A DNA stretch of 64,000 nucleotides from Phallusia mammillata. Lineage: Eukaryota. The notes under the pieces were generated by a model. The model did not search any database. It saw nothing but the letters and a program-made list of their open reading frames with translations, and had not been told where the DNA came from. Position numbers and translations under genes: made by a program. The stretch spans positions 27,652,001-27,716,000 of the forward strand of contig OZ281498.1 of assembly GCA_965637545.1 (NCBI GenBank). The letters run 5' to 3'. Positions 45,006-62,434 of this stretch are shown one piece after another. Every line of letters begins with the position of its first letter. Within the stretch, counting starts at the first letter, position 1.

Positions 45006-47453
45006 ATGGCTCCAAAACAAGCGAACTTCAGCAAAGAAGAAGAATTGCTATTGCAGGACTTTGGACGAAACTTATCAAAGAAATCGTCGGTTATTTTCTA
45101 CGTTCACGCAATTTTCGTTTCAGCAATTCCATTATGTAAGTTTATAAAACACCGATAATTGCTGCAATTCTCGTTAGGTTGATTACTTTTGATTTGAACA
45201 GTTTCTTATTTTCTATGAAGAGAAGTTCATGTTTTAATTTAAAACTGTTGATTTGTATAAACTTTGTAAATATGTAATATGCTTTGAAACTAGGTTTGAA
45301 GTTGTGAAATCTTTTTCAACTTCTGTCCTATTTATTTGCAGGGTTGTTCAACCGAGTACATCAGATGGAGCTGGTTGACAACGCCGTCCTATTTGTTATT
45401 GGAACGCTTGTCAGTGCTTATCTTATTTCTATGGCTTACAAAAACAACAAGTTTGAAATGAAGCACAAGTATGTTGGCATGTCTAATTCTTATTGCAAAA
45501 AAACGTGGTTAAAATGTATGCTATTTTTTGTTTTACTTTGGCCCATATCTACATATTTTCAATGATGGTTTGTTGGCATGTTACATTTTTATTGCAAAAA
45601 GTGGTCATAATCAGGGTTTTTTTAAGGTTTGGTTTGGGTGACCGCTAAGTAGTTTTAAGAGACCGCAAGTGTTTCATTTAAATACCAAAAACTGTAGTTG
45701 TAGTTGCAAGTCCAAATTTTGGGAAACCGCTGGAGAAATTTGGGGGACTGTTTCGGTCCCCCAAAACACCTTAAAAAAAACACTGGTCATAATCACTTTA
45801 TAAATATGTTGTTTTGTGTTTGCTTTCTTTCGTGCCACACCTTCTAACTTAAAACTATGCCCATTTATAAGTTTTGCTTTTACTCTTGTAGTTGTTAAAC
45901 AGTTAACCTAACATGTTTGTTTTCTTTAGGGCTATGCATATTTTTAATGATGGTCTGTGAATTGATAGGGCTTTGTAATTTTACTTTTATATTTGTTAAA
46001 CAGTTAACCTAACATGTTTGTCGATTTTTGAAATGTTGGCATCCAAGTTCGCTTTGTAGAAAAAAAAACTTGGTCTGAAAATGCTGCTACAATAAAGTTT
46101 TTCCGGGACAACAAATATAATTGATATAGCTCAGACTTCGTACTCTTGAATCATTGAACCTTCCAATCCCAAATAAACTTTAAACATGTTTTTTGATTTG
46201 TAGAATTGCCCAGAAGAGGGGTGAAGGTGTTGCTGCTGAAGTTTACAGCAAAACAGCTGAATCAGATTCTTCCAAGAAGATTTCAAAGAAAGAAAAAGAT
46301 GAAAGGTAAAAATGACCAAGATAATATACCCTATTGTTCCCTTTGTATATGCATTTAGCACATGAGATCACAGGCATCTAGGATCAACATTTCCCGCGTT
46401 CTCGCATGCTTGACTCTTAAGTTCACATGCAAAACCAATTTAGAGGTCAAGGACAATTAAATGCCTTTGGTGCAAGATTTCTGCATGCAACCCAAAAAAT
46501 CTGGATGCAAAAAATACTTGCAGCTGCCAAACTCTGCAGACTGTATTATGGCGTGCAAACCCATCTAACACATGGTAACTGATGAACAGCATAATAAGCG
46601 TGATTCATTACGCTTAAATTTTAATGGCTCACTTAAGGGGTCAATGAAGTTAAAGTATGACATTGAACCATAATTCAAATCACAAGCATTTATATGTTTT
46701 TGGCAAATGAAAATAAAAAAAAATGCTGTTGCACCTCTCTGATAAGAATTCGGTCACTGTCTGTGCTGTACAATAACTACATGATGTAATAGGATTAACA
46801 TAAGTTCAATTGTTTTCCTAGAATTTTGTGGAGAAAGAATGAGATTGCTGAAGCCGAGTCGATGCAGCTTGCCGTCTTTTACAGCAACTCCCTCTTCCTG
46901 ATCGTTCTCATTCTCTCATCATTCTACTTTTTCAAGAACTACACTCCCATGTTGTATCCTTTCAGTGTTTATTAAACCACAAATAACAAAAATAGCAGTA
47001 ACAAACAGTGGTGGCATTCAATTTTTTGTCACCCGGTTCTGTTACAAAAGTCATATTTTTCAGCCAGTATTGTTACAAAAAGTCCATTAACAGTAACCAG
47101 TAATGCTAACCGGATCGCTGATCTCATTGTATAGAACCGGTGTGAACAGGCTGAATCCCACCACTAGGTAACAAACATTCATAAGAAACACCTTTGTGGG
47201 TTGTGTTGTTATAAGAAACGTTTCTTGTTGAAAAACAAAACAAATAACACCTAATGCAGTTGGTTTAATAACTCTTTCTGGCTTTTCGAAATCTTTTATA
47301 TCATTTTAGTTTGGTAACTGAAATAACAGTGAATTTAGTCAATTATTCTAGTCCAGAAGTTTCCTTAACAAATACTTCAACAGCAACTACATGGTTTCCA
47401 TGGTTGGATCCAGTGCAGTTACAGCTCTACTCTCAACATCATCAAAGAAATAA
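45006..47453 (+). CDS. SSR3: Translocon-associated protein gamma (TRAP-gamma); 5 exons
   Basis: [43 protein letters not shown]|WLFNRVHQM...[12 protein letters not shown]|IAQKRGEGV...KKEKDER|[26 protein letters not shown]...KNYTPMF|[22 protein letters not shown]. Confidence 0.94.
45612..45785. mobile_element. hAT-type MITE (SSR3 intron 2)
   Basis: TIR cagggtttttttaagg / ccttaaaaaaaacactg; perfect 8-bp TSD gtcataat. Confidence 0.85.
47006..47167 (-). mobile_element. hAT MITE family A copy (SSR3 intron 4)
   Basis: Family A TIRs; 8-bp TSD gtaacaaa. Confidence 0.85.
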
Positions 47454-47557
47454 GAATTTGATACTTTTGTACTTGTTGGTGAAGCAATCATGAACATTTC
47501 GATGGATTTGAGACCAAAAAAGAGCAATAAATTTGACTGAAGCACATAATTGTGGTG

Positions 47558-50500
47558 TTACGGATGTTTCATGTACATTAGTCGTGAGTTAGATTGTGGC
47601 GATGAATATTTATGATGAGCTGGTGATCCACTGGAGCCAGGCGAAAAAGACATCTACACACAAAAAAAACATAATTGGTGTTTGTACACTAGCTGTTGAC
47701 GAAAATTATGGCTAAAAAATCTTACTAATTCTAAACAAAAAAACAACATAAATGAAAGGCTGTTGCAAGGTTTAATTTTTATGTAATGTATGTCTCTATA
47801 TTCTTACCATTTCTTTCTCTGACTTGACTTGGAATCTTCCAGGTGAATTTGACCTTGAGTGTGAGTTATGTGGAAACTGTGAAGTGGCCTGAAAATAGAA
47901 TATTAGTTTAGTCTAGGTATAAATTAAGATTACATTAAAAGCAAAAGTATATAACATCTGTTCAATACAAAGTATGGTGACCACATCTTGCAACATTGCC
48001 TTGTAGTTAACTGAAGGAGCTTGTGTGTATGATCAGACACTTATAAAAAGTAGAAGGTATTTAGGTTGAAAGTAATTTGTTTCCCTTACCTGTTGTGACA
48101 AACTCTGTGGCATCATTCTTATTCGATTCCTGCTTTGATCCTCCAGAAACCCAGGCTCCGGTTTACCTTGAAAAAAAAGCCTTTATGTTAGATAAACAGT
48201 CACCTCAGTAAAATGGATTTGGTTAAAGCAGATCTTCACCTAATTTGGACAAATCTGGATACAAGAGATTTGTAATGTGGTAAGGCTTTCACTAATCAAC
48301 ATTGGTTAATCCAGATTTTCACCTATTCCGAACAAATTAACGAGATTTACTGTAATTAGGTTATTACAAGTTACATAACATCGCATTGCTGTATTAAGCA
48401 GACCAACAAAAGCTCTCCTACCATGGTGTGCACTTCCACCTCGGTCTGGTGTTGAGTAAGATGAATAAGCACCTGAAATGAGAATGTTCGTTAAAGCATG
48501 TTAGTGAGACGCAACACAACAATGGTTCTTACGTCCTGGTGTGGTTGTAACGACTGAATGGTGGTTGCTCCCGTGAGCCGGAGAGAGATACGATCCATGA
48601 GCTGTAATAAAACATGTTTTCTATAAATTTTAACGAATGGTCTTTAGCGTGTAAGGTAATGTTTTATAAGTGCACTTCAAAATGAAATAGATCTGACACA
48701 ATTGATTATGAGAGCATGACATCAATCTTTAAGTGTTTGTATTGATTCTTATAGGCATATTATTAACATAATTTCAATAGATGGTCTTATCTGGTAACTT
48801 AAGCATGCATGAAAGGCCAAAATGTTTTTCTTTGAAGGTACCGTATTTTACAGACCATAAGGCGCAATTTAAATCCTTTTTTTCGTCATAAATTGATCGT
48901 GCGCCTTATAAGCCAGTGCGCCTAATGTATGGATCAAGTAGTACTTTATTGCCTACACTCAAAACCAGTACCGACACTATTATACGCTAACCATGCTTTA
49001 TACGGTAACCCATACTCCTTAAAATACGTTGCGTTCTATAGCCCGGTGCGCCTTATGTATGAACAAAACGCTAATCAAAGCAATTTATTGACAGTGCGCC
49101 TTATAATCGGGTGCGCTTTATGGTCCGTAAAATACGGTATTGTTCTGTACACTTCGAAACAAAATTTATGTGACACAGATTATTATGCCATCTATCGTTT
49201 AGTGTTTGTTTTGATTACTACAGGCCTATTATTAACATAATTTCAATTATAACCAATGGTCATGACCTGTAACTTAGGCATGCAAAACGCTTTTGTATGA
49301 GGATATTGTTTTGTAAACTTCAAAACTAAAATAATGTGACATATATGACTATAAGAGCAAGACATCTATCTTTAATCTTACCAGCATAATTAGAATCATG
49401 CTTATGTTGTGGTGAGGAATACATTAGGGTTGGTCTAGCATACATGTGGATGCCCTGTGCATTGGGACTGTGTGGTCGTTTAACACCTTGCTGCATGGAA
49501 GGGTTACCTGCTGTGTGAAGAAAGTTTTACCAAGTTTGCATTAAAACAGCGCAAGCAGTGGTGAGATTCAGCCGGTTCGCACAGGTTTTATAGAACTGTC
49601 TCACAAAATTTTATGAGATCAGTGAACCGGTCAGCATTACAGGTTACTGTTAATGGACTTTTTGTAACAGAACCGGCTGACAAAAAATTTGAATCCCACC
49701 ACTGAGCGCAAGTAATAACATAAATTAAATAACAACAGATTCAACATAAGCTGGCTTGTTTAATTATTTATTGTTTTGACCTGGCATTGTTCTGGACGGC
49801 TGAGACATGTAAGTATGTTGTCCGTGGCCTTGAAGCCGTGGTGCTGTAAACATCATAAAGTGAATTTTCTATTTGTCTTAAAGCAGTTTCGTTGGTGGCA
49901 AGTTTACATACCTTGGCCCATCGCGTGTCCACTTACACGCATTCCGTGTTGGGAAAAGGGGCTTGAAACGCCAGCAATTTCACTAAAAATAACAAAAAAT
50001 TATCAATAACTGTTTAAACTTGTCTAACAAAACATAACATAGCACAAACTTTTGTTCTCGCTGTCTCGCTTTTCGTTTGCTTTCTTCATGAAGCAAGGCT
50101 TTAAATTGCCAAAACAAGTGATGCTTCTCTTCTCTCAGACCTGAGAGTTTATCTTTCAACTTGTCAAGCTGCACACAATATTTATTTTACCAAATACACT
50201 TTTACCAACCAAAGTGCAAGGTTGTTATCAGACAGTACATGAATGTTATACAGCATCAGTGACCTGCTTGAACAAACATCCGACCAATTTCTATTTTTTA
50301 AAACATGCAATTTAAATGACAGTATACAGTGCCGGATGAAGGGTCTGCTGGCCTAAAGGCACATTTTTTAAATGGCCCGAAAATCAGGGTGTATTTTTGA
50401 CTGGCCTGTAGGCACATGCCTACTTTGCCTAATGGTTAATCCGGCACTGACAGTATATACACAGTGGTGGGATTCAGCTGGTTTGCACTGGTTCTATAGA

Positions 50501-51191
50501 ACCGTCTTGCGAAATTTTATGAGATCAGCAAACCGGTTAGCATTGCTGGTTACCGTCAATGGACTTTTTGTAACAAAACAGCATGAAAAATATGACTTTT
50601 GAGATACAACCGGCTGACAAAAAATTTAAATCCCACCACTGTAACAATGTGTATGTTTTTAAAAATATTGTTTGCGATGAATTTGTTGTTTTAGCGGGTC
50701 TCAAAACACTATTTGTATCATACCTGTTCTTTAATTTCCTCCAGCGTCGAGTTTTCTTCTTCAATCTTTTTCCGTATTTCTTCTTCCTCTCGTGCTTTTT
50801 GCTCCGAAACTTTCTCGGCTTCCGCCGCTTCTAAAAGGGAAGTAAAACAAATTTTAAGTACAAGATTAATTTCTATCAAGAAAAGCTTTCGCAGTAGCAT
50901 CTGCTAAACGTTACTGCTAAATATTTATATTACAAATGGCAGTCTTTGTTTCAAAACAAACTTGAATGCCAAAATAGACAATAGACAATAAACAAAACCG
51001 TATGTAGGAAAGGGTCAACAACTTTGGAAATGTGTTCTGTAGTAGCTTGTAGGGTGTTTGATACTAAAATATTTATACACAAAGCCTTTAAAATTACCTT
51101 GTTTTCGCTTTTCTCTTTCTCTTACAATATGACCTCTTAAAGCTTGTTGCATCATAGGAGAAACTTTTTCTCTCTCAATTATTGCTGGCAT
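47558..51191 (-). CDS. GPS2: G protein pathway suppressor 2 (NCoR/HDAC3 complex subunit); multi-exon
   Basis: MPAIIEREKVSPMMQQALRGHIVRREKRKQ|EAAEAEKVSEQKAREEEEIRKK...STLEEIKEQ|LDKLKDKLSGLREEKHHLFWQFKALLHEESKRK matches the GPS2 N-terminal coiled coil; low-complexity H/S/P-rich downstream exons end ...LMYMKHP* (the 3' exon structure is less certain). Confidence 0.85.
48841..49137. mobile_element. Tc1/mariner (pogo/Tigger-like) MITE
   Basis: TIR ccgtattttacagaccataaggcgca / tgcgctttatggtccgtaaaatacgg flanked by TA on both sides. Confidence 0.85.
49556..49704 (+). mobile_element. hAT MITE family A copy
   Basis: Family A TIRs; perfect 8-bp TSD agcgcaag. Confidence 0.9.
50462..50641 (+). mobile_element. 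hAT MITE family A copy
   Basis: Family A TIRs and internal sequence; no matching TSD recognised. Confidence 0.8.
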
Positions 51192-52389
51192 GCTGCGATT
51201 ACTTCACTTTAGAGCTTAAAATACCTAAATTAACAAACAATACTTTGCACACTAAGCAAAAGAAAACATAAACAACGAAACCAAAAATTTCCTCAATATT
51301 TTTTTCGCAATTATTATGATTTCTATGAATGAAAAAGCGCGCACTTCTTTGTAAATATTCAGCGGACAATATTAATGCTAAAGTAAATACTGTTTTTAAT
51401 ATTGCGAACATAATAATGTTTTTAATGTTGTGAATATAGATTTCATATAAAGTTACGGCATTTACTGCTGCAGACTTAGTTTTCTTTTTATTTATGCGTT
51501 AATAGGTATGGCAGTATTTATTTTGTACCTGAAATGTCTACTGTTGTTGTCTGTATGTTTATCATATGCTTTTTTTCGAAGCCTAAGCGAATTAATGTGT
51601 TATTATCTGATTAATTTGGATCATGAATTCTTATAACCTTAAAAAAATGATCATAATTCTAATTTTACATTCTAATTCAACAATATTACATCAGGAAAAT
51701 CTAGGATAAAAACTAGGATCAATGCAATACTCATGCACATTTTGATACTTTTATATGCATAAAAAATCATGAACAAGTTATATTCTCTGATGTGTTTTTA
51801 CAATGATTATGTGTAAATATGGCATAATGAGCAAGGTATTATAGTGTGTTTGTCAAAAAGTATTTCTTGGTAGAATAAAGTTTTTCTCTGATCAAAGTTC
51901 ATGTTGGTTTCTAGATTTACTGAGTTGGAGAAAAAAGTGTGAAACAAAATAAGATTCTCTGTTAAGTTAATTATTTTATTGATTTCAGTGATGGTGACAC
52001 CTCCGACAAAGTTGTGTAGTGATTCAAAAATTGACTTTACAGCAAAAAAATGTGAACAGAATGCACACATGGAAATATTACCTGTCAATATGCAATCATA
52101 CAAGGCAACAAATTGAAGTAAGTGAGTTTGTATCGATCTTTTGACATGTTCAAGAAGAAGCTTTCGCATTCTGACTCAATAAATCTTCTCAGAGAAGGTC
52201 ATTGTTAATTGGTTAATTTTTTAACGTATGTTTACCAATTTAAAGCTCATCTCTGGCACAAAACTAAAATCACTGCGGTGTTACTATTCAGCTTGCATAC
52301 AGTTTGGTATGCGATCAAAATTAGCACCATGGCATATAATAGGGTTTCATTAAACACACCAGAGCCACAAAACACATTAAACTGTGGTA

Positions 52390-55300
52390 TTAAACTGTAC
52401 GTAGTTTGACTACAATCCCGTTTTCGGATTAGAGTGAGAGACCAACAATGGGTTTTGGTTCTGGTGTGTCAGCATTTCTGTAAACCTCGAATCTTCGGAG
52501 GATTTGTGCAATTATCACTCGCATTTGGTGCATGGCAAAGTGCTGACCAATACAGTTTCTGTAAATGTTAAAAATATTTTTTCACACAAACAGACAGTGT
52601 TTAGGTGTTGGTTTATTGTTGAATGACGAAAATAGACAATATACCCATCATGGAATTTAGTTAGAGCATTTTTACCAGTTGGTTTGATTTACTTTTTTTC
52701 TGGCCCAATTTAGCAGTTGGTTTGCAATGTCACAATTGACTAAAACAATCACACTACTATCAGATGAATGACGTGTTTGTTTGGTTCATGCGCCACAATC
52801 AGGTTGCATGCAAGTCATTCACTGTATGTGCTTTGCTGGTGAGAGTGTGCAAGTACAGGCAAGGTATTTAAAGTTAGTCTAAACTACGAAGGTGTTGTTG
52901 GTGCTGATTTGTGTGGCCCTTTTTGCGTTTGTTGAACCTAAATAGAGGCTTTCCAGCTTCCTAATACCTAAACAGATTTACTAAACAACTTGCTTGGCTT
53001 TATCTTCAAACAGATCATAATTGTTTTAAGTGCAACTTTTCTCTGGCAAAAAATGAAATTTATTTCATGAGAACAGTGGTATGTTTGGAAACTGTTTTCA
53101 ACATTTCATTAGACTAGTGAAATATTAATCATACAGACATTTAGTGTTTTACCTTGGCCCAGCAGAAAATAGAACAAATGCATATGAAGATCGTTCGGCT
53201 GAATTTTCAGGAGTAAATCTTTCGGGGTCATATTTCTGTGAATTAAAAAAAGGTTTATCAGTTAAAGGGGTTAATGCCATTGTGTCATTAATCATTATTT
53301 AAATCTGTCCTGCATTAAACTTCCTCATTTAATTGCCAGCTATTCTCCTGTGTTACTTTTTGTAATGAAGGAAAATGAAACAATACATTGCTGCCAGCAA
53401 TTTGCTGGTTGTTTTGTTTTTACTCTCCATAGAACAGAGTTTTTAATTTGGGTTAATTTAGCCCCAGAAGAACATTGACTTGTTATTAAAATACGCAAGT
53501 AAACATGTGTGGATTTAGTGTGTTAAAAAACTGATCTTTAAAAGAGGGCTATACCATGTGATTTTGAAGCATCATTGCATACAGACTCCAAAAGTGCTCA
53601 GTTTGTAAAAGTGAATTAATGTGTTTTGGACAAATTGTGTCTCACCAATGGATTTTTCCATATTTCTCTATGCCGATGCATTGCAAAGATGTTCACTGTT
53701 ATAATTTGTCCTTTTTGTAGTTTAATTTCTTTGTATCCATTAAACCGATGCGATATTGTGATGTCTTCGTCAAGTTGACGAGCAATAAGATGAACAACCG
53801 GCATCAAACGAAGACTCTCCTTGATGCATTGGGTCAGATATGGCAAGTTGCTCATATCAGAACTGCAACACAACATTGGCTGGTTTTATGTGGTTTTAAT
53901 GCTATGGTAAAATTGTCAGTCATTTTTTTAGTTTTTCATAACTTACATTTTTACTTCCGGTCTGCTTCCGATTGCGTCATTAATCTCTTCCCGGCATCTT
54001 TGTTGAAATTCTGGATGTTTCGAAATTAGATACATGAACCACGATAAACCTACAAAGTAAATATTGAGATTAATTTGTACAAGCAAACTTGTTGACTTTG
54101 TTATTACCGTTTGAAACTGTGTCTTGTCCGGCTGAGAAAAACGTACGAACCTAATTTACTACATCTTTATCTGTTAACCCCACTCCGTCTCTATCCTACA
54201 ACACAATAAACAAACACAATATGTTCGTTGATTAGTTGCATGTGAGCAGTAGGCGCTCGTTGTATCTTTTAATGTTCACCTTGGTCTGTATGAGCACATC
54301 AAGAAAATCAACATATTGTCCCTTCCTTTTGCGGAAATCGAACGACTCTCCTGTCGCCTTATCGTCAACTTTCGTCGTTTCAACTGAATCTGACTCCAGA
54401 GAATTCAATACCGCTCGTCTCTCCCTTATAATCTGCAACGAAACATTCTCAAACCACCCTTATTTGGTCACAAAACAATCTTTTCACCTCGGCAACTTTG
54501 GCGTGAATCCGTCCAGTTATATATCAAAGAACCTTTTTCCATCTTTTGTCATCTTGTATATGCAGTCACTATGGTAGAACGGATTAAACCAGCGCCGCAT
54601 CATAATCTGAGAAGCTTCTCGGACTAGTTGGTTATAATCTTCGCCAGTCCTACGACACAAACAAGAATACATTAGTACCTGGAAACGTATTTTTAGCTTA
54701 CCAATGAGGAACTCCTGAATTCATTCGACCCGGTTGGAATAAGGCTGATTTCGCGTGATGTGTATGCGTGCCTCTGCTTGACACAAAACTTTTCAACGAT
54801 AAACAGAAACTGATTCAAGTGCAATCAAAGCTCCAGTTTTGTATGCAAACACAATGTGGATATATATGTAAAAGCACCAAGCCAATAAATGATAAGCTGC
54901 AGACAGTGCTCACTGTTTCAACCATAAGGTCTCATCAGCGCAGCTGGTGACAAGAGATAAGCCGTATTGGCTAGTGTAGTCATACAACGGCACTCCTGGT
55001 GGATATCCATTTGAATGAAGGTGATAAATAAAACGGCTGTCTTTTGTACTTAAATTTGAGAGTATGTGCAACACCATTGTTGTAGGTTCTACCAAAGTTG
55101 GATGGGATTCGAACCACTATCATTTCGAGTATAAACCCTAAAAGAGTTGAAACTCACCCCACATCTGGTACTTGTGACATTATACACTCCATCATGTTTC
55201 GGTACGAAGCTTCGCTCAACATCTCAGATATATCTGTGGCTTTTCCGCTGATGGCAACTTCCTCGCACCAATCGATAACTGGTTGACAGTTGAAGTTGAA

Positions 55301-56341
55301 AACCTCGCAGTGTCTGCGTTTAAATGTGACTTGTAAGATGGCCCACAAGGCTTCTAGTATGCATGGTAAACTGTAAAGGTTGGTTGTGCACCAACTGTGA
55401 AATGAAAACAAGGCGCTTACTGTTGTAGAATGTTGAAGTGGAAGATCGGAGTTAAAAGTCGTCTATGTCTCTTCCATGTTTCTCCGCTGGCAACCACAAG
55501 TCCATCACCGAGAAGAGAAGTGGCGAATTTCTTGTAACCGGGCGCTTTAGGAGCTAAAACAACAAAGGGCCAATATACTTCGGCTTGCACAAAGATAAAC
55601 CAATTGGGAAACTATCAACCAAGTAAACCAAGTTTGTCACAAGCGCAACAAACCCAGAATCAGTTTTTGCTGAACTGACATGATCTGGACAGAATAGTTT
55701 TGACAATATCGGGGTGAAAAACGTCTAAGAACATAATAAATGGACCCAACCAGTAGCAGAAATAAGCTGGATGAGTTTTTGACATTCCCACCATTTCCAA
55801 CAAGCCTTCATATTTGTTAAGTGGAACCTGCAGAAGATTTGTGTTCGGATTTTACAGAGACATAACACAAGCAATGTCATCGCAAAATTAAATCAACAAA
55901 CACAGGTTTCAGACAAACTGTTTCCCATCAGTGCAGATGGTGATGAGAGATCGGTCGTATTAGCAAACGTAGCTATCCAACGGCACTCCAGTACGTTGGT
56001 AGCAACAAGTTAAACCGAAGGTTGGCGAACAAATCTTTCGAGAAACTTATACAAACCATAAACTATGAATACTGTTGGAGTTAAACAAAAACTTAGCCTA
56101 AAAAAATTGTAGTGAAACTAAAATTTCTGACCTTTTTCAGATGTCCGTACAACCAATGAGCATCGTCGTCACATGACAACAACTTCGCTGTCCTTCGCAA
56201 TCTCACTTGATTCTGCACGAACGGTTTCACATATTTGACGATGACAGTGGAGAAGACAATCACAGGTAGAAGATATGCGAAGACATAACCCAGTACGAAC
56301 TGAGAGGCTGAAATATCTGCTGCTGCAGGTGAGGGTGACAT
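52390..56341 (-). pseudogene. CYP4-clan cytochrome P450 copy A, 11 exons, disabled
   Basis: CYP4 motifs ([38 protein letters not shown]) but with a +2 AT insertion in exon 5 (about 54520), an in-frame TAG in exon 7 (DVVN*VRTFF) and a CAA>TAA in exon 11 (GLSL*SENG), relative to intact copy B. Confidence 0.85.
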
Positions 56342-57127
56342 CTTGCTATAACACGCTACCCGGAATGACTCATTTAGAAAATTGTCTCAAGGTTTTGAAC
56401 TTGTAGAAACAAAAAACGTTTTGCAACGTGCTGTGTTACACATTTGCTTCATTACGGAAAACATTAACAGATTCCGGGAAGAAACAACTTTTTCTATACA
56501 ATTAATCGAGGCCATATTTATGGCTTGTGTCAACATAACCCGTGCCTCACTGAACTTAACCTAGTCAATATTCGACTAACGGAGCACTTTGTGTCGAAGA
56601 GAACAACCATAAACTTGTTTCATGACACAATCGCAACATCTCATGTGATCGACTTTTTGCACAAACTAGCAACAAAACATTTGTAAATCGAACTTCGAGT
56701 CATTAACGGCTTTTGACTGATGTAGTTCGTTGAACGTGGCAACTTGACCTCTTTTCTGATCAAACAAGTGGAATTAACAAGTTTAAAACTGACTTGACTT
56801 CGACCCTATAAACACATTCGCAAAAATATTTACATAACCAGTTCGTTTCGACAAACCTTTGGCCATTTTCAACTAATGTTCTCTGACGTTTTCGCATTTT
56901 GATCTAATAAATCTTGTCAGACAACGTCAAAACGCGACGAACCCGGCAATTAAGTTCAACTTTCTAATCCTGTCAACATATGTTTCTTTGTTCAAGGCTT
57001 ATTTCTGACACAAAACCTTGCGGTAAAATTACAGCAGTGTTTATTACAAAGATAACATGAAGATCAAAATTACAAAGATAACATGAAGTAACAATTAACA
57101 CACAACATCTAACACTGAACAATTAGT

Positions 57128-61810
<4,683 letters not shown>

Positions 61811-62056
61811 CTTGCTATAGCACGCTACCCGGAATGACTAAGTTAGCAATTTGCCACACAGATTTAACCTTGTACGAACAAAAAAACGTTTTGCGATGTC
61901 CTGCGTTGCGTTCGATCAATTTCGTGGAAACATTTACAGATTCCGAGAAGAAATGACAACCTTTTCTGTGAAATTGATCGTACACGCAAACTTGATTTGT
62001 GTCAACATATCCCTCGCCAACACAAATTTACTTTAACTGGTGTGGTTAATAGGCCA

Positions 62057-62340
62057 AAATATCTGCTGCTGCAGGTGAGGGTGACATCTTGCTATAACAC
62101 GCTACTCGAATTGACTAAATCAGCAAATTATCTGAAGGCTTTCAACTTGTAGGAACGAAAAACGTTTTGCGAAGTGCTGCGCTGCACGTTCGAACCTTTT
62201 TGGAGAAACATTTACGGATTATGAGAATTGACAAACTTTTCAATAAAATTGATCAAGCCCGCAGACTTTGTCAACACAACCGTTGCCTCATTGAACCTTA
62301 ACATTGACTTTGGCCGATGTGGTTAATATTCGACGGATTG
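62057..62340 (-). pseudogene. Duplicated CYP4 promoter plus first codons (MSPSPAAADI), truncated
   Basis: aaatatctgctgctgcaggtgagggtgacatcttgctataacacgctac matches the start of copy A (56311-56360); exon 1 breaks off after about 10 codons. Confidence 0.75.
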
Positions 62341-62434
62341 CAAACTAATGCGCGAGTGTACAATATACAAGTTACAACAAATGTTCAAACATTTTCAACT
62401 GTTTCTTAATTGAGCTTTGGTTGTTTCGTTGCAG

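Noticed and set aside
50372-50834. ORFs of 63-83 aa overlapping MITE copies (also 22959-23293)
   Set aside because: Translations of non-coding MITE sequence or antisense to GPS2 exons
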